This document shows positions 1-14,219 of a stretch of DNA of 49,668 bases, piece after piece. Below the pieces are notes generated by a model, which saw nothing but the letters and a program-made list of their open reading frames with translations, was not told the DNA's origin and ran no database searches. How positions within the stretch are numbered: the first letter of the stretch is position 1; each line of letters begins with the position of its first letter. The position numbers and the translations under genes are program-made. Where the stretch lies: the NCBI RefSeq assembly GCF_006345805.1, contig NW_021834456.1:1-49668 (forward strand), in the 5' to 3' direction. The stretch comes from Octopus sinensis. Taxonomy: Eukaryota.

Positions 1-55
1 TATCTATATATATATATATAGTATATGTATGATGTATAATTATATATATAATATA

Positions 56-92
<37 letters not shown>

Positions 93-132
93 GTATGAAT
101 ATATATCTATATATATATATATAAAATATATA

Positions 133-163
<31 letters not shown>

Positions 164-165
164 AT
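1..165. repeat. (TA)n-dominated microsatellite
   Basis: Near-continuous TA dinucleotides with scattered G/C substitutions. Dozens of similar tracts occur through the window. Confidence 0.95.
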
Positions 166-1080
166 ACACGAATCTCTTCAAGCAAATTCCTTCAGGTTTA
201 TGGGTTTGACCAGCTTTATGAGAAAGTTACTCACTCGAAATTGCCACAACATAAGATTGTACCAGATGTCACTTCACTATGAAGGAGACATGAAGTACAT
301 ATTTGTGTTTCTTTGAGTGTGATTATATGTATTCATCTGTCGCACAAGTAATATGGGAAATATGTTTTTAAAACATATATGTGCAAATACATCATCAAAT
401 ACGAATTCAACACACACGCAAATTTAACCTCATCAATGCACACGCCTACACACATGCACACATACATATATAAACATCCATATTTATACATATATGCATA
501 CGTATAAATAAATGCATAAACACACTCTCTCATATATTTATGCATACATAAACACAACCACAATAAACAAATTTAAGAGCATTGCATCTCAATTTTCACC
601 TGGAAATTTACACGTTAGTTATTTTACAAATTAATAGTAAATTAATAACAGAATATGTCTTTTGGCTTCGTTTCGTGCAAATTAGAATGAAAAATTCAAT
701 TACACCAGTTGTTTACTTACATTTTTTCCTCTATTGACTTCTATATTTTATGTATTTGCTGTTGCTTTTTTGTACTTGTTTTATATGTTTAATCTATATG
801 TGTGTATCATTCATTGAGTTGGGCAAAACTGGAGTTGTTTCTCTCCCCTCTCTCTCTCTCTTCGTGTATAATTATATATATATATATATATATATTATAA
901 TATATATATATATATATTCTGTGTGTGTATATATATATTTATATATGTACTTATAAATATGTATGTGCATGTATGTCTGTATCTATGTATGTATATTATA
1001 TATATATATATATATAATATATATAATATGTATGTATGTATGTATGTATAGTATAGTATGTGTATATATATATATGTATG

Positions 1081-1125
<45 letters not shown>

Positions 1126-1137
1126 CTATGTATATGT

Positions 1138-1471
1138 AATTGAAAACAAAGAGGAGAGTATAGATTTATTCACATCCAAATTTGTTTATTAAAAAACGTT
1201 TTCTACGGTATATACAGCATATATATATATCAATGAACAACATATGTTTCAATTACACCATCTACACATCATTCCGTATGCAAGTAGGCATCCCAGTCGC
1301 TGCAATTTCATCAAGGGTCCATCACTGACGATGTTTTCGAAGTGAGCTAATTTAAATGAGCTTCCTTGAATGCCAGCGCTGTAGGTCATTCTTGTATATA
1401 CCATAAAAAACATTTTAGTAAAAAGTTTTTTTTCATGTGAATTAATCTCCATCACCTCTTCGTTTTCAATT
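1138..1471. mobile_element. Small TIR-bounded non-autonomous DNA element (Tc1/mariner-like MITE), old
   Basis: Left AATTGAAAACAAAGAGGAGAGTATAGATTTATTCACAT matches the reverse complement of the right end (AATTGAAAACGAAGAGGTGATGGAGATTAATTCACAT). About 40-bp imperfect TIRs, TA-rich flanks, no intact ORF. Confidence 0.5.
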
Positions 1472-1670
1472 TTATACTCTACAGAAAATTTGCAGTTCTG
1501 AATAAGAACAAGGAACTACTCAACAAGTGGAGTTTACAAGTACCAAATTCTATTTACACTTGAGTACTATGTAATTTGAATGTTATAGATAGCAGGCATC
1601 TATACCATCTTATGAAATAATTCAGTATACGCTAGGATAATCTATCCGTTTTGTACTCTGAGAGAGAGAG

Positions 1671-1887
1671 AGGCGGCGAGCTGGCAGAAACGTTAGCACA
1701 CCGGGCGAAATGCGTAGACGTATTTCGTCTGTCGTAACGTTCTGTGTTCAAATTCTGCCGAGGTCGACTTTGCCTTTCATCCTTTCGGGGTCGATAAAGT
1801 ACCAGTTACGCACTAGGGTCAATGTAATCGATTTAATCCCTTTGTCTGTCCCCTCTTTGTTTATCCCCTTGTGGGTAGTAAAGAAAT
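1671..1887 (+). mobile_element. tRNA-derived SINE, family C (head GGCGGCGAGCTGGCAGAA)
   Basis: tRNA-like head with B-box-like GTTCAAATTC, then GAGGTCGACTTTGCCTTTCATCCTTTCGGGGTCGATAA. Homologous copies lie at 23.06 kb and 29.1-31.9 kb. Confidence 0.85.
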
Positions 1888-1894
1888 ATATATA

Positions 1895-2362
1895 TAGGCT
1901 ATATTAGTATATATACATACATATATAGGCTATAGTAGCATACATACATACATATATATATATATATATTAGCATATATACATATATATATCACATCACA
2001 TGATCACATGACCGATCAGACCATCAGATGTTGCTACACATCGCTGATCACAATGCGTTCGCATTGTTTTAGCCTTCGAACGACGCCACCCCGCTGGCTA
2101 AGCGAGCAGGCCATATATATGTATATATATTATATATATATAATATATATATTATATATATATATAGGCTATATTAGTATATATACATAAGCTATATTAG
2201 TATATATACATATATATATATAGGCTATATTAGTATATATACATATATATATATATGCTATATTAGTATATATACATATATATATATATAGGCTATATTA
2301 GTATATATACATATATATAGGCTATATTAGCATATATATATATATATATATACGCTATATTA
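1895..2362. repeat. Minisatellite of about 25-30-bp TAGGCTATATTAGTATATATACATA units, interrupted by a SINE fragment
   Basis: The motif GGCTATATTAGTATATATAC recurs about 9 times between 1895 and 2362. Confidence 0.8.
2001..2112 (-). mobile_element. tRNA-derived SINE family A, 3' fragment
   Basis: Matches 7275-7380 (ATCAGATGTTGCTACACATCGCTG..CACAATGCG..CATTGTTTTAGCCTTC..GCTGGCTAAGCGAGCA). Confidence 0.8.
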
Positions 2363-3274
2363 AATCTCTGGGTGAGAGGAAAACACTATCAGTACTAACA
2401 CAATATATTTGCCAACTAAATGTGGCGATCCCATACAGGCCGATGTTACTTTTGTTTTTAACCCCAAGAAAACATCTCCTCCAGCTGGCTAACGATCAGA
2501 TATTCTGTAGATAGGATATCCTGTAGGACAGTAGATAGAAATAGCATAGTGTTTTCTCTTTATTACAGGGAAAAGGCCTAAATATAGAGGGGGACATACA
2601 AAGACATGCGGGAACATAAAAGACATGAAGGATGATATGTGAAATGATATATAAACAATGCAAATGAGACGGTCATCGCAGCCCCGCTGCGAAATGAAAC
2701 CGTGAATTCCTTTTTACTCTTAAACCTTTCGATAACGTTTAGTTTCGCTCTGATTCGAAACAGCAACTTCTTCCTTTGTTCTCTGCCTTTTCATTATAAC
2801 ATTTACAATAAATGTTTATACTGTTCTTTCGTAATTTCTTTTTTTAAACAAAAAGAAACCGTTTATCACAGTTTAGAAAAACTTAAAGAAACCTCTTCAT
2901 TAACGGTTCAAATTTACATTATTTCTCTCTTTTTTTTTAAATCTGTAAAGTTCAAAATATATGATTTGTATTTTTCAGTTACAGTCTTTTCACAAATTAA
3001 ATACCATTTAGTATCCGATCTCCACATTTTTGTTTTCCGCGTTGTTTCTTTTTCCTTCCATGTTCCTGTTGTTCCTGTATTTCCCTCCTCAATCTGCGAA
3101 TTCGTTCGTTTGTACGTCCATGCCTTCCTGCATTTGCGTATCTGTGCGTTCATCCGACTGCAATTCTGTGTTTTCCCTCAGTGTATTTTTATCATTTGGT
3201 TTCCGCGATTCTAGGTTTTTCTTCCTTTTCTTGCATAATCATTTATAAGTTCATTATAGCAGAAATAGCATAGG

Positions 3275-5600
3275 TTGTCCACAGTTCAAGTTGTCGGCTA
3301 CACAGACCACAAATTTGTGATCTGCACAGTCGACCACGATAGGATCCATAGGCAAAGCCCCGGGTATGGGAAGCTGAACGCGTCTTTCCCAGCGCGTCAA
3401 GCATTCAGAAATCGGGTTAGCAAGCTAGTCCATCAGAAGTTGGCGAGCGGAATTGTCAACAATCATTGGTGGATAGCACTCAAAAGAGCATTTACAGTAG
3501 ATGCAGTAAGATAGTAAAGAAATAGTCTTAGAGAAATCTAGGATAGAGGGAGAGCTAGTTAGGAATCTAGATGAGGTTTTTAGGAACGGTATTGCGACTG
3601 GCGTGATGACGGCAATATTGGTTCTTGGTCAATTCTCCAATGTCAAGCACGAAGGCTGCATTGTCAGAGCTAGGGTGCGTACTCTGAGATATGAAGGGAC
3701 TAGAGTCGTTCGATGGGCCCGGGTGGCAGAGGTGCAACGTGGCAACAAAGCTACAATTCGGTCTTTCTCGAATCCAGCACATGTGTACGAAATTTCGGCA
3801 ACACTTCGCCGAACTGTTCTTCATACGCCAGGCTTGTTCAATGACCTCTTAGCAAATGTCTACCACAGTTGGCAAAATAAATACCCTGAGCTGTGAGCCA
3901 TGGCGTGGTGGTGCTGCTGAGAAAGGACCAATAAGATAATTTGGGGCCTATAACCTTGCTATAACATTTTAAGATTTTGGCCAAGGTGTTCGCCAAGAGA
4001 TTGGCGTTTGTCGTCGGTAACTTGGTCGGTAATGCGCAGATATGCGCTATTCCGAATAGATCTACCCACGACAAACTCCACTTCACTTGCTACATCATAG
4101 AGAGTGGTGGGGAAGCAACCTGGTATGGGTGAAGCTCTGATCAATTTGGATCAATGAAATTTGTTTGACAGAATACTTGGAGGCTGCCCTCGCAGCAGCC
4201 GGCTTCGGTTCCGTTTTCAGAGGCTGGATCGTTGTGTAGCGGTATCTCTTCTGTGGTCAAAGTAAACGGCTTATCTTTCGGAATTGTTTAGCAGCACCCG
4301 TTCGGTCCGTCAAAGAGGCTCACTCTCTCCTCTTCTGGAAGTGCTGGATATCGACCCATTACTGAGGAAGTTGGATTTTCGAGGAGCATCCCGGGTGATG
4401 CAGAATGCAGGGGGTTTGTGTCGGCTTATGCGGACGACGTCACCGAATAATAATAATAACAATAATAATAATAATAATAATAAAAATAATAATAATAGTG
4501 TTGGACAGCTCGGAAATCGAGGTGATCGGCTCTACTTTAAGAGAGTACGAAGCAAAGATAGGAGCAAAAATCAATCAAGAGAGTGAGCCTGAAACTCGAC
4601 AACTGGAGAGGTAGGTCCATGCCATCCAACAGCGTTGTAGGGCGCTGGACGGAAGGACCAGTTAAATTGCTCGTGGTCTGTTTTGGTTCGGACTTCTAGG
4701 CAGACAAGAACTGGGGGGGGGGGCGAGCAGGGTAGCCAATCACACTTGGCAGACAGGAAGCCGTCCCTGAAAGGTTTGGCAGAGGTGGCGAATGCGTACA
4801 TCGCTTCTGTCCTCTACTACCGCCTGACCGTCGTCTCTTACTCTGCTTCATGGCTGACCAAACTGAAACGCTTGCTCTTCCACGCGTTAGACGGTCCATC
4901 GGCTGTCAACAGCTGCTGAGTGGAGGTCTGGGCATGCCGTGGCTAAGGTTGCGGAGACACGCGCTTAGGCTGCAGCATCTCCAGTAATTTTCAAAGAGTG
5001 AAAAGGTGTAGTCACCGTTTGTCAAGCAGGATTTCCACAGCTCGTCTCATTGAAGGAGCTACAGTCCTGGATCAAACGTAGGCAAAGAAAGGGCGCTAAG
5101 CACCTGGAGTGCCGGCAAGCACACCCTGCTGTCAGTCGGGCAACGCGGTCAGTGGAAGTTACACTATGGAATTTTATAGGGGAGTAGTGATGTGCAAAAG
5201 CGACGAAGTCAACAGGGAAACATTGGGTTTTGGGAGGGATCAATTAACTGGTGTTTTTCGGAGAACTTTCGGGCCTTGGCCTATGGATAACTTCCAGAAA
5301 TCCCTGGCGTGCTACCGGGGGGCTCTGCCGGTACGAGAAAACTCTACAAACGTAGAAGTGCCGTCCGACGGACCTGTCCGAGGTGTGCACAGGGCGACGG
5401 AACCGTCCTGCACGCACTCGGCCAGTGTCCGTGCATTGCTAACTTGTGGAGCTTTGTCGAACAGCCGTTATCACGTGCAGGACGGATCCGGTCATCAGCC
5501 GAGTTCATCGTGAACATCGCCCCACCGCCTTCGTTTAGCCGGGAAGGAAAAGCAGTTTTCCTCTGTCTGATGGCTATGGCGAAGGAAGTAGTGCTCAGGT
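3275..5600 (+). mobile_element. Decayed L1/Tx1-like LINE ORF2 (end of endonuclease, RT, C-terminal CCHC knuckle)
   Basis: Broken frames give TDHKFV..SPGYGKLNAS (EN end), GVVVLLRKD..PITLL..FKILAKVFAKRL, SVRQRGSLSPLL..DPLLRKL, VSAYADDVT, and ALPVRE..TCPRCAQGDGTVLHALGQCP. Many stops and frameshifts. Confidence 0.85.
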
Positions 5601-6258
5601 CTCTGTTCACATCTCTTTAGTTTATGCGCATTAGCTTTGATCCTATGTTTTACTTCCTCATTCACAACATTGATTCCCTTTCTCTTTAAAATATACTCCC
5701 CCTCTAGCTCGACAAATTTCTCTCGTAGAACTTCATTTCTCCTTTTCCGTTCCAGAATATTAATATGCTTTTTGGTTTCGTTAATAGACTGCGTTATTCT
5801 TCTTTTCTAGCATGGTTCCTTCAGGTGATGTTGATATTAGCCTTTGGTTTTCAAACCTATCTTCTGGGCTACAAGTGAGAGTCAACGGTCAGGAAGGCAG
5901 TACCACCAGACATTGGGGTGCGTCTACAGCACGACGAGACACTATGGAATCAACGTCATCCTGATTGTCCAATGCAGTTGTGAGAGTCCCCAGTTGTAAC
6001 GATGCTCCAGACGAATTGGTTTTCCTGTTTGATTTTGTTTCGGTAAAAATAACAGTAAAAATAAAATTTCAGTAAATGTTATGAATATATTTTAACCGTT
6101 AATAACCTCAAACTATTCGACAAAGAGTACTTTTAGTATCAAATTAATCTAGTTTCTCTTTCTCGTATAACGTTACGGTGGACTTGAAATGAGTTCAGCT
6201 TCTCTGAGAGGCGATAATTAGAAAGGGGTGTAGTTAGAAAAATAAACGTAGCAGTGTA

Positions 6259-6767
6259 CGTGGTCTGATCAATAAGTATCCGGGATGTTGCCATAGTAAT
6301 GAAGCTAAAGCATGCAGAGTAAACCCCCTTGTTACACATTGACCTTGAGCGCCGCCGAGCGCGCATACTAAGTTTTAACGTTCTAGCTCACTTTCACTGT
6401 TTACAGCAGTGCTTGGAACGAACGTATGTAGCATAGACCATGTTAGAGAAAGTTATCATGGTGATACCTGCTCAGAGACCTACGCAAAGTTGCAGAAAGT
6501 ATATGGAGAAGTGTGTGTGAGATGCACACAAGTGTACGGGCGGTTCAGATGTTTCCAAGATGGCCGAAATAATGTTGATATTGAGGAACGCTCTGGAAGC
6601 CCCGAAACCTGCAGAACTGATTAAAACAGCGGAAGTGAGCTAGAACGTTAAAACTTAGTGCACATGCAAAGCAGAGGTCGTGGTCAATGTGTGCCAAGCA
6701 GTCTCACTATGCGTGCTTTAGAGTCGCTAGTATGGCAACAGTCCGGATATTTATTGATCAGACTACG
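6259..6767 (+). mobile_element. Non-autonomous mariner derivative with about 140-bp TIRs and a transposase HTH remnant
   Basis: TA|CGTGGTCTGATCAATAAGTATCCGG at left mirrors CCGGATATTTATTGATCAGACTACG at right. Internal SETYAKLQKVYGE..TQVYGRFRCFQDGRNNVDIEERSGSP matches the mariner N-terminal HTH. Confidence 0.85.
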
Positions 6768-7211
6768 AATGAGGGAAAGCAATGCGAAGTAAATGTAGCA
6801 GTGTAAGCAAGAACGTACCGTTACGAAAATTAAAGATACAGTGGCTGAACCATTTCACTCGTCCGACGCCATGCACATCAAACCTATAAGGAATGTGCTG
6901 ATTTCTACTTCCATTTGCATTCCTTACGTGCAATAAAAGTCTGGTTTAAGAAAGTAAACTGACATATTAAAATTAGTAATTTTTGTTAGCGCTTTGTTTC
7001 TCACTTGTACTCCGCATAAGCAGCACATAGATGAAAATTTTTTTAAACTTGGCCATCACGTCGTAATTTCATAAATTGCATCAGTCTAAATTATTCAATC
7101 TGATTTTATGTTTTTAAGTTTTAAGATGGTAAGGTAAAATTTGATGGTGAAGTGAGTGTCTTCATAGATCAAGCACTTATGTGAAAATTTTCATTTAGTT
7201 GGTTTTAATTG

Positions 7212-7264
<53 letters not shown>

Positions 7265-7274
7265 ATTCGGATAA

Positions 7275-7575
7275 TATCACATGACCGACCAGGGCATCAG
7301 ATGTTGCTACACATCGCTGGTCACAATGCGCTTCACATTGTTTTAGCCTTCAATGACGCCACCCCACTGGCTAAGCGAGCAACCCAATAGAAGAAAGAGT
7401 GAGAGAAAGTTGTGGTGAAAGAGTACAGCAGGGATCACCACCACCCCTTGTCGGAGGCTTGTGGAGCTTTAGGTGCTTTCGTTCAATAAACACTCACAAC
7501 GCCCGGTCTGGGAATCGAAACCACGATCCTACGACCGCGAGTCTGGTGCCCTAACCGCTGGGCCGTTGCGCCTCC
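7275..7575 (-). mobile_element. tRNA-derived SINE family A, near full length (tRNA-Arg-like head)
   Basis: Minus-strand head GGAGGCGCAACGGCCCAGCGGTTAGGGC..ACTCGCGGTCGTAGGATCGTGGTTTCGATTCCCAG has A- and B-box-like motifs and no tRNA acceptor 3' end. Resembles described octopus tRNA-derived SINEs (OK/OR type); exact family not assigned. Confidence 0.85.
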
Positions 7576-7604
7576 ACGTATGTATATATATATATATATA
7601 TATA

Positions 7605-7790
7605 GGGAGAATTTACAAAAACCCAAGAAAAGACGAAGGCAGGTGGTGTAGACAACAAACAGATATATTCGTTTAACACCCAGGAAGTGAAGAGGTCTTT
7701 AACGCTTCGAGCCTACGCTCTTCCACAGATAGGAACACAGAATGAAACAAGGAGAGAAAATAAAGAATGTGTAGTGGCTGGCGATCTATA
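7605..7790 (-). mobile_element. PLE-like terminal relic with a decayed minimal hammerhead-like motif (7695-7730)
   Basis: Minus strand CTATCTGTGGAAGAGCGTAGGCTCGAAGCGTTAAAGAC. Homologous to 40440-40620. Flanked by (TA)n on both sides. Confidence 0.5.
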
Positions 7791-10318
7791 TATATATATA
7801 TATTTGTCGTGAACACTAGTAGATAGTCACTGATATTTAAGTAGTCTAGATATATTCTAACTTTGAATCGCACTTCTACCACCCTTTTTTTTAGCGTTGA
7901 TAAAACAAGCGTCATCCACAGTAATTTACTGGGGCCGTGTTAATCGACTGATTATACTATGCCTGAAATAAGAATGAATTGCTGCGCGCAGAACATCTAT
8001 CAATCGCTTAAGCGGATGTACATTAATGGTTGCAAAGAGCAGAAATGCAAATATATATAAACAAAAGAAAAAAGTGTTAAAATGTGTCTGTAGATCTTCA
8101 GAGTACGCGACCTCTAAAGATCGTCTCCAGCAGAAATAGTTTATATTTTAAATCGTTTATTTAAAACACGAAACTTTCAATATTTAGTCGTCCAAGTCTA
8201 TGAGTTAAATTCTATTGATTTTGTCCGTTCCTTTCAAATATTTCGAGATCAATAAATGTCCTGATGTAATATAGGTACCAGTTACAGGGGATATAAAGCT
8301 CTCCTCAATTTATGATGCGAAATCGACTGTGTGTAAACAAATCAATAGTACTACCTAAAATATTTTCTTTGAAAAGTATAATGTGGTAGAAAAAAATCAC
8401 TAATAGGAAATTGATAAATATTATATACAAAAATGACTGGATAGATATAGATTAAACATAAGCAAAATATAAAAGAAATGTTGTAAAATACAGACGTATG
8501 TAATACGATCTGTAGTCATATCACAAGGCTAATATTTGTTAGGAAATCGTATAATGGATTTATTGAATAACTATATTATTGAATCATATTTAATCAACAT
8601 AGGCGGGAGTAAAAAAAAAAATAATAATTCAATAAGGTCTCGGCCAATAATACAGCGTCTAGGAATTTGTTGGGATTGCAAGAAATAAAAACAAAAATCA
8701 TTTTCACACCAACGATAAATCAAGGCCCTTCCTCCCCTTCCACATACTGTTTATGTTACATTTTGTCGCGTTCGGCCACCATATTTAATGGAGTATGACT
8801 TAGCGACAGACAAGATTTTGGTTTATGAATAAAATAGTGTACTATACTACACAGACATGACAGAAGTAAATAGACAACTTCATAATCATTAAAATTCATT
8901 TAAATCTGAAATTATACATTCTAATTATTTATTAATTCATATATCTTAATATTGTATTTTTTAAATGCAAGGACCCTGATTCTTGTTTTCTTGAAGTTTC
9001 ACCCATTTCAACAACAGTTTTGGGGCTTCACTGAATTTTCATATACTCACATGATGGAAATTTTGTTTCGGACTTCTATAACTCATAGAACATAGCGTTG
9101 AGGATATTAGTGCCTCCATTTGTACGACTTAAAATGAAAACATTTTAAAAAAATCGTCATACATATACAGTTTTCGAAATATGACACAGAGCCGAACCTT
9201 AATATCTATTAACGCCATGAGAACACTAAATATTTCTGCCACTTTGCAATTCTGTAACAGCCATATGCGTCATTATTCTAAACATACTTAACCTTTAATG
9301 ACCAGAAGACAACTTTACTAATTTAATAGGATCCTTTATAACGTGTCACTGAAGACGTAATTGACACTATCCACTTGCAAGAAAAAAGTTTTCAACATGA
9401 GCCTTGTAAGGAAAAATATAAATCAATCTTCCGTTAATCGATTAATCTAATACATCAATACAGTTCGTTTTTTTTTTTAATATTCAATTTGAAACGCTGA
9501 AAGCTTATTGATAAATCGCAAATCAATAACACCCGTTACTTCAATATATTATCATTTCTATTTTGTTCACCCATTCTATGTGAGCTGATTAATTCGAATT
9601 ATTTTCTCAAAGGAAATAGAACTTCAGGTGAAAGTAGTTTAAAATCAATTACAACATATAGAATTATTAAAATTAATAACAATAATAACGATAATAATAA
9701 TTGTAGCAATACCAAAAATAGTAACTACAACAACATTGACAATGAGGAAGATGATAATAATTAAACTGTCAATTCAAACCTAAATAATAAATTTAAACTA
9801 ATAAATATATAAGAGGAACAATGTTTTAAAGATTGGTAGACATCGATTTAAATAGTTCAATATTCCAGCTCTTGTAATATTGTGTTTTATTATTGTTTGA
9901 TTGAATGTACATACATACTTGCATAGCAACACTCATATATGGCATTATATATATATGTGTGTTTGTATGTGTATGTGTACGTACGCGTGCGCGCGTGTGT
10001 GTGTGAGTGCGCATGTTCGCGATTAAGTAGTAAAATGCTTTGACTTTCAAAAGATCTGCGACTTTTCATATCTTTTTATCCGATTCGAATTGCATTTAAT
10101 ATTCAACAATAATATTCTCTCGTGGACTGAATTTAAATTTTAATCTTTCACATAAGTTCTTTTCTCGATAATCATACTTTATCGTAGTTATCTTGATAAT
10201 AGCATTGTATATTCATATATGTCTATAACATACACACTAAAATGAATATTTTACATACACAAATTATTAGTATAAGTATTGTGAGGTCTGAGTATGTATG
10301 ACAAAATTTTATTGTATA

Positions 10319-10354
<36 letters not shown>

Positions 10355-10525
10355 TTTGTAAGCGTACATTTATATCCAAATCTATTGAATAAAGCAGCAG
10401 AGTCGATAAAAGCATGCGCAAAAATATTAACATTTAAAGAATACAGAAAAATACCCGTACATACTTCTAAATGATTATTTGGAAAAGATAGGTGTCAACA
10501 TATGCTTTGCTCAACATATATACTG

Positions 10526-10608
<83 letters not shown>

Positions 10609-12036
10609 TGTATGAGAGAGCAGAAGGGTATCATGTGTGTATTTAATTCATATGTAATGCATATATACTCAATATGAATGTAGACATGAACATTACTATA
10701 TATATATATATATATAAATATATATGTATATAAACATATATATGAACATATACATATATATATATACAGAGAGAGAGAGGGGAGAGAGAGAGAGTTATTC
10801 ATGGCTATAACGATAGAGTTTTGTCGCACAAATAAGAGGCAAGTGCAGCACAAAACAACTCGCAGAGACTTAAATTTTAGTCTATCGATTTCAGAAGTAC
10901 ATATGCAATATTTTACATGGAATGTTAAACATTTGTATGAAATGTCTGCCGTTTTGTATTTTCGGTCTTACATACATATACATGCACGCGCGTGTGCGTT
11001 TGCGTATTTGTGTGTGTAAATGATGGTTTAAAGGTCAATTACAAATTCCTTTTCTATTGAAATAATTGCATTTAATTTCTTAGAATGGATGTTCCTCACA
11101 ATCAACTTAGAAACGGCTGTCAAGTTATAGGATAATTTTGATCTCTGCAATACATGCATATATCTCGATCGATCATTGTTCTTTTTTAGAAAATGGTAAT
11201 TGATTAACACTATTGGTATTACTGTCTTTCATTGAGCAAAGTCAAACTCTGTAGAATTATCATTAAAATTACAATAATTACGTTTAGAGAGAATATTGCA
11301 CGAGTATTTGATTTTGTAGAAGTTATGAAATTGACATGAAGAGAAGTTTGTATGAAAAACATTTCTCCCTTTTTTAGATATCGAATTAAACGACTTTACA
11401 GAAAATGTGTGCAAGCAGGTTGAGAGAAAGAATAAGAAATAAAATGAAGTATAAATTGCAATCTAAAATAAGATGAAAACAGAATAATTGATATTATTTT
11501 ATTTCTACAAGAAGAATTTCATATGATATGTGTAAATATTTATATTTTGGATTTGTGACTAATATGCTAAAGTTGAAGATGTGTTATATGTGTGACTAGG
11601 GATTTAGATGCCAACTTAATATATGTGTCCTTGAGTTTCGTAAATTATAATCAGATTGGGTGTTTGTGAAAATGGTTTAATATTAGAAATAGGTTACTGT
11701 GGTATAGAAATCCCACAAAAATACAAAACAAAACAAGCACAAATGTAAAAGAAAAAGAACCAACTTCAAAAAAAAAAATTCCGATGGTGAGAGATTATTA
11801 ATAAATACAACCTGTGGCCACATGGTGTTTTGTAAGACGCCGAATTTAATATCAACATTATGTATGTAACCAATATGTGCATTCTGTTTTCCAATAATAA
11901 TAGGGTTATATCAACACATAATTGCTTATAGCAGAAAGGATATAATTATCAAGATAACAAAATTATAGGTTTTTGCTCTCGAGATATAATTAGTGACGTT
12001 TTAGGATGTATTATAATGAGTTGGGAGGGTCGCATT

Positions 12037-12092
<56 letters not shown>

Positions 12093-12401
12093 AGATAGAT
12101 AGATAGATAGATATGTATTAGAATTACACTGAAGTTAAAAGAACAACGTGAATTTGTTGGAAATGTCGATTTTAAGTCTACAGAAGGTTTTCAAAATGCG
12201 AATAATTATGGTAAAATTGATGAGAAATCCAGGGATAATTATAAGTATATATTTTATTCAATATTTACACACACAACACACACACATATATGTATGTATA
12301 CACATGTATATATATATTATATATATATATATATCTTAGGTGATAAATCGTATAGTATATACCTGGTAGCTTACCGGTAAAGCACATTCACTCTTATTAA
12401 C

Positions 12402-12444
<43 letters not shown>

Positions 12445-12530
12445 GTGTGTGTGTTTGTGTGTGTGTGTACAATTTTGATTAATAGAATATTCTCGTATAT
12501 TCTATCGGTCTTTCGTTTGTTATATATGTA

Positions 12531-12582
<52 letters not shown>

Positions 12583-13531
12583 TACATATAAAGAAAGAAA
12601 GACAGAAAATGGAATGTACGAGAATATTTTATTTATCACAACAATCATTTCGATACATCTAGCATCGATTCCTCTTGTGGGACACTCAGCAACTGGTTCA
12701 AGAGTATCCGATGATGCAGACATATCTCGTATGTCTGCACCATATATACATATGCTGAAAGTCCTAGTGAGAATATACTAATAGATAAGATTTCCTTTTC
12801 AGCAGTAGCACCTTACTTGTGTAAATAGCAATATACCACATTGAATATGATAGGATATGTGTTCTCAAATATCTACACTTAAGCTGGCGTAATATTTGAG
12901 TTTACGATTAACATATATGTGGGAAGATGAGTGAATAGAAAATGAGGGTCGATAAGAATTTCGGTTGCAATAAACGTTAGAAAAATATAATTACAACACA
13001 AAATTCATCATCCAACATTTTTACTTTTGTACTATGATATATATATCTGATAAAAGAAAATACTTCATATCCCAAAGAAAAAAAATTCAATAATATTACA
13101 GATTTTTCTTCTGTCTCGTTCTTACAATGTGTTAATATTGTTAATATAAATTTAGAATAAAGTTGCGCATAATTCGCTTTTTTTATCGACGCCTATTTCA
13201 TTAAACATTTAGCAATATTTTCCTTCTGACACTCCATATTTTAATATATACACACATCCCTGTAGAAATTATGGCTCATTTCTACGAGTATCTATACATG
13301 CAGGACTTTTGCCTTCTTCTCTGATTATATCACAGAATCATAAGATAAAACGATAAAAAGTTGTGGGGATGGTTTAGCTTTCAGTTAAAAGACGAACTGC
13401 ATACAAATTCTAACTTATATACACATATTTATGCATACAATTATATACACATATATACAAGAACGAATGAATGCATCTATATATGCAGAAGCGATATAAA
13501 TACACACACAGACATATAGAAATATATGTAT

Positions 13532-13598
<67 letters not shown>

Positions 13599-13716
13599 GT
13601 TTGTATGTATGAACACACTTACACACAGGAATAAATACACATATATTCCTTCAACCATATATGAATGCCTTCCCCACCTCTCTCTCTCTCTCACTATATA
13701 TATATATATTATATAT

Positions 13717-13762
<46 letters not shown>

Positions 13763-13996
13763 ATGTACAGGCAAATTGACAGATGTCAGAATATATTTAG
13801 TGAGATTCTATGGAAGTTGGTTAATAAATTAAGGTACGATCAATGACAGAGATACGTATTACTTCGATAGGAGAGATGAAACGGAGTGAAATTATAAATA
13901 ATTTCATAATATGATAATTTTCTATATTTCAGTATTACATTTGACATATTATAATACGGTTGTGTTTATTTGTAAAAATATTGTAAGCATACATGC

Positions 13997-14031
<35 letters not shown>

Positions 14032-14219
14032 CAATCTGAATATGGAAGTAAAATGATTCTACAAATATACAACTGTGTCTATGCTACATATGCAGAAGAT
14101 TTGTTGCGTATAGATAAAACGTACTTGGAAAAGGATGCGTGGAGCTCGATCATGTAATAATATAAATAGTATATAAATATATGCATATATTCAATTCAAT
14201 TCAGTTTTTATTAGCTCAA

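Noticed and set aside
170-295. GC-richer open segment after the first microsatellite
   Set aside because: No identifiable protein or transposon motif in any frame.
2702-3248. 170-aa and overlapping ORFs upstream of the Tx1-like LINE
   Set aside because: Low-complexity F/S/L or K/E/N composition with no domain recognised. Possibly decayed element sequence.
7500-7575. tRNA genes at SINE heads
   Set aside because: A/B boxes are present but there is no complete cloverleaf or acceptor stem, and the sequence continues into SINE bodies.
9340-9370. CTGAAGA inside a GTGTCA/TGACAC hairpin (also isolated CTGATGA/CTGAAGA at 14396, 25244, 41569)
   Set aside because: No correctly placed GAAA..UH or stems II/III.
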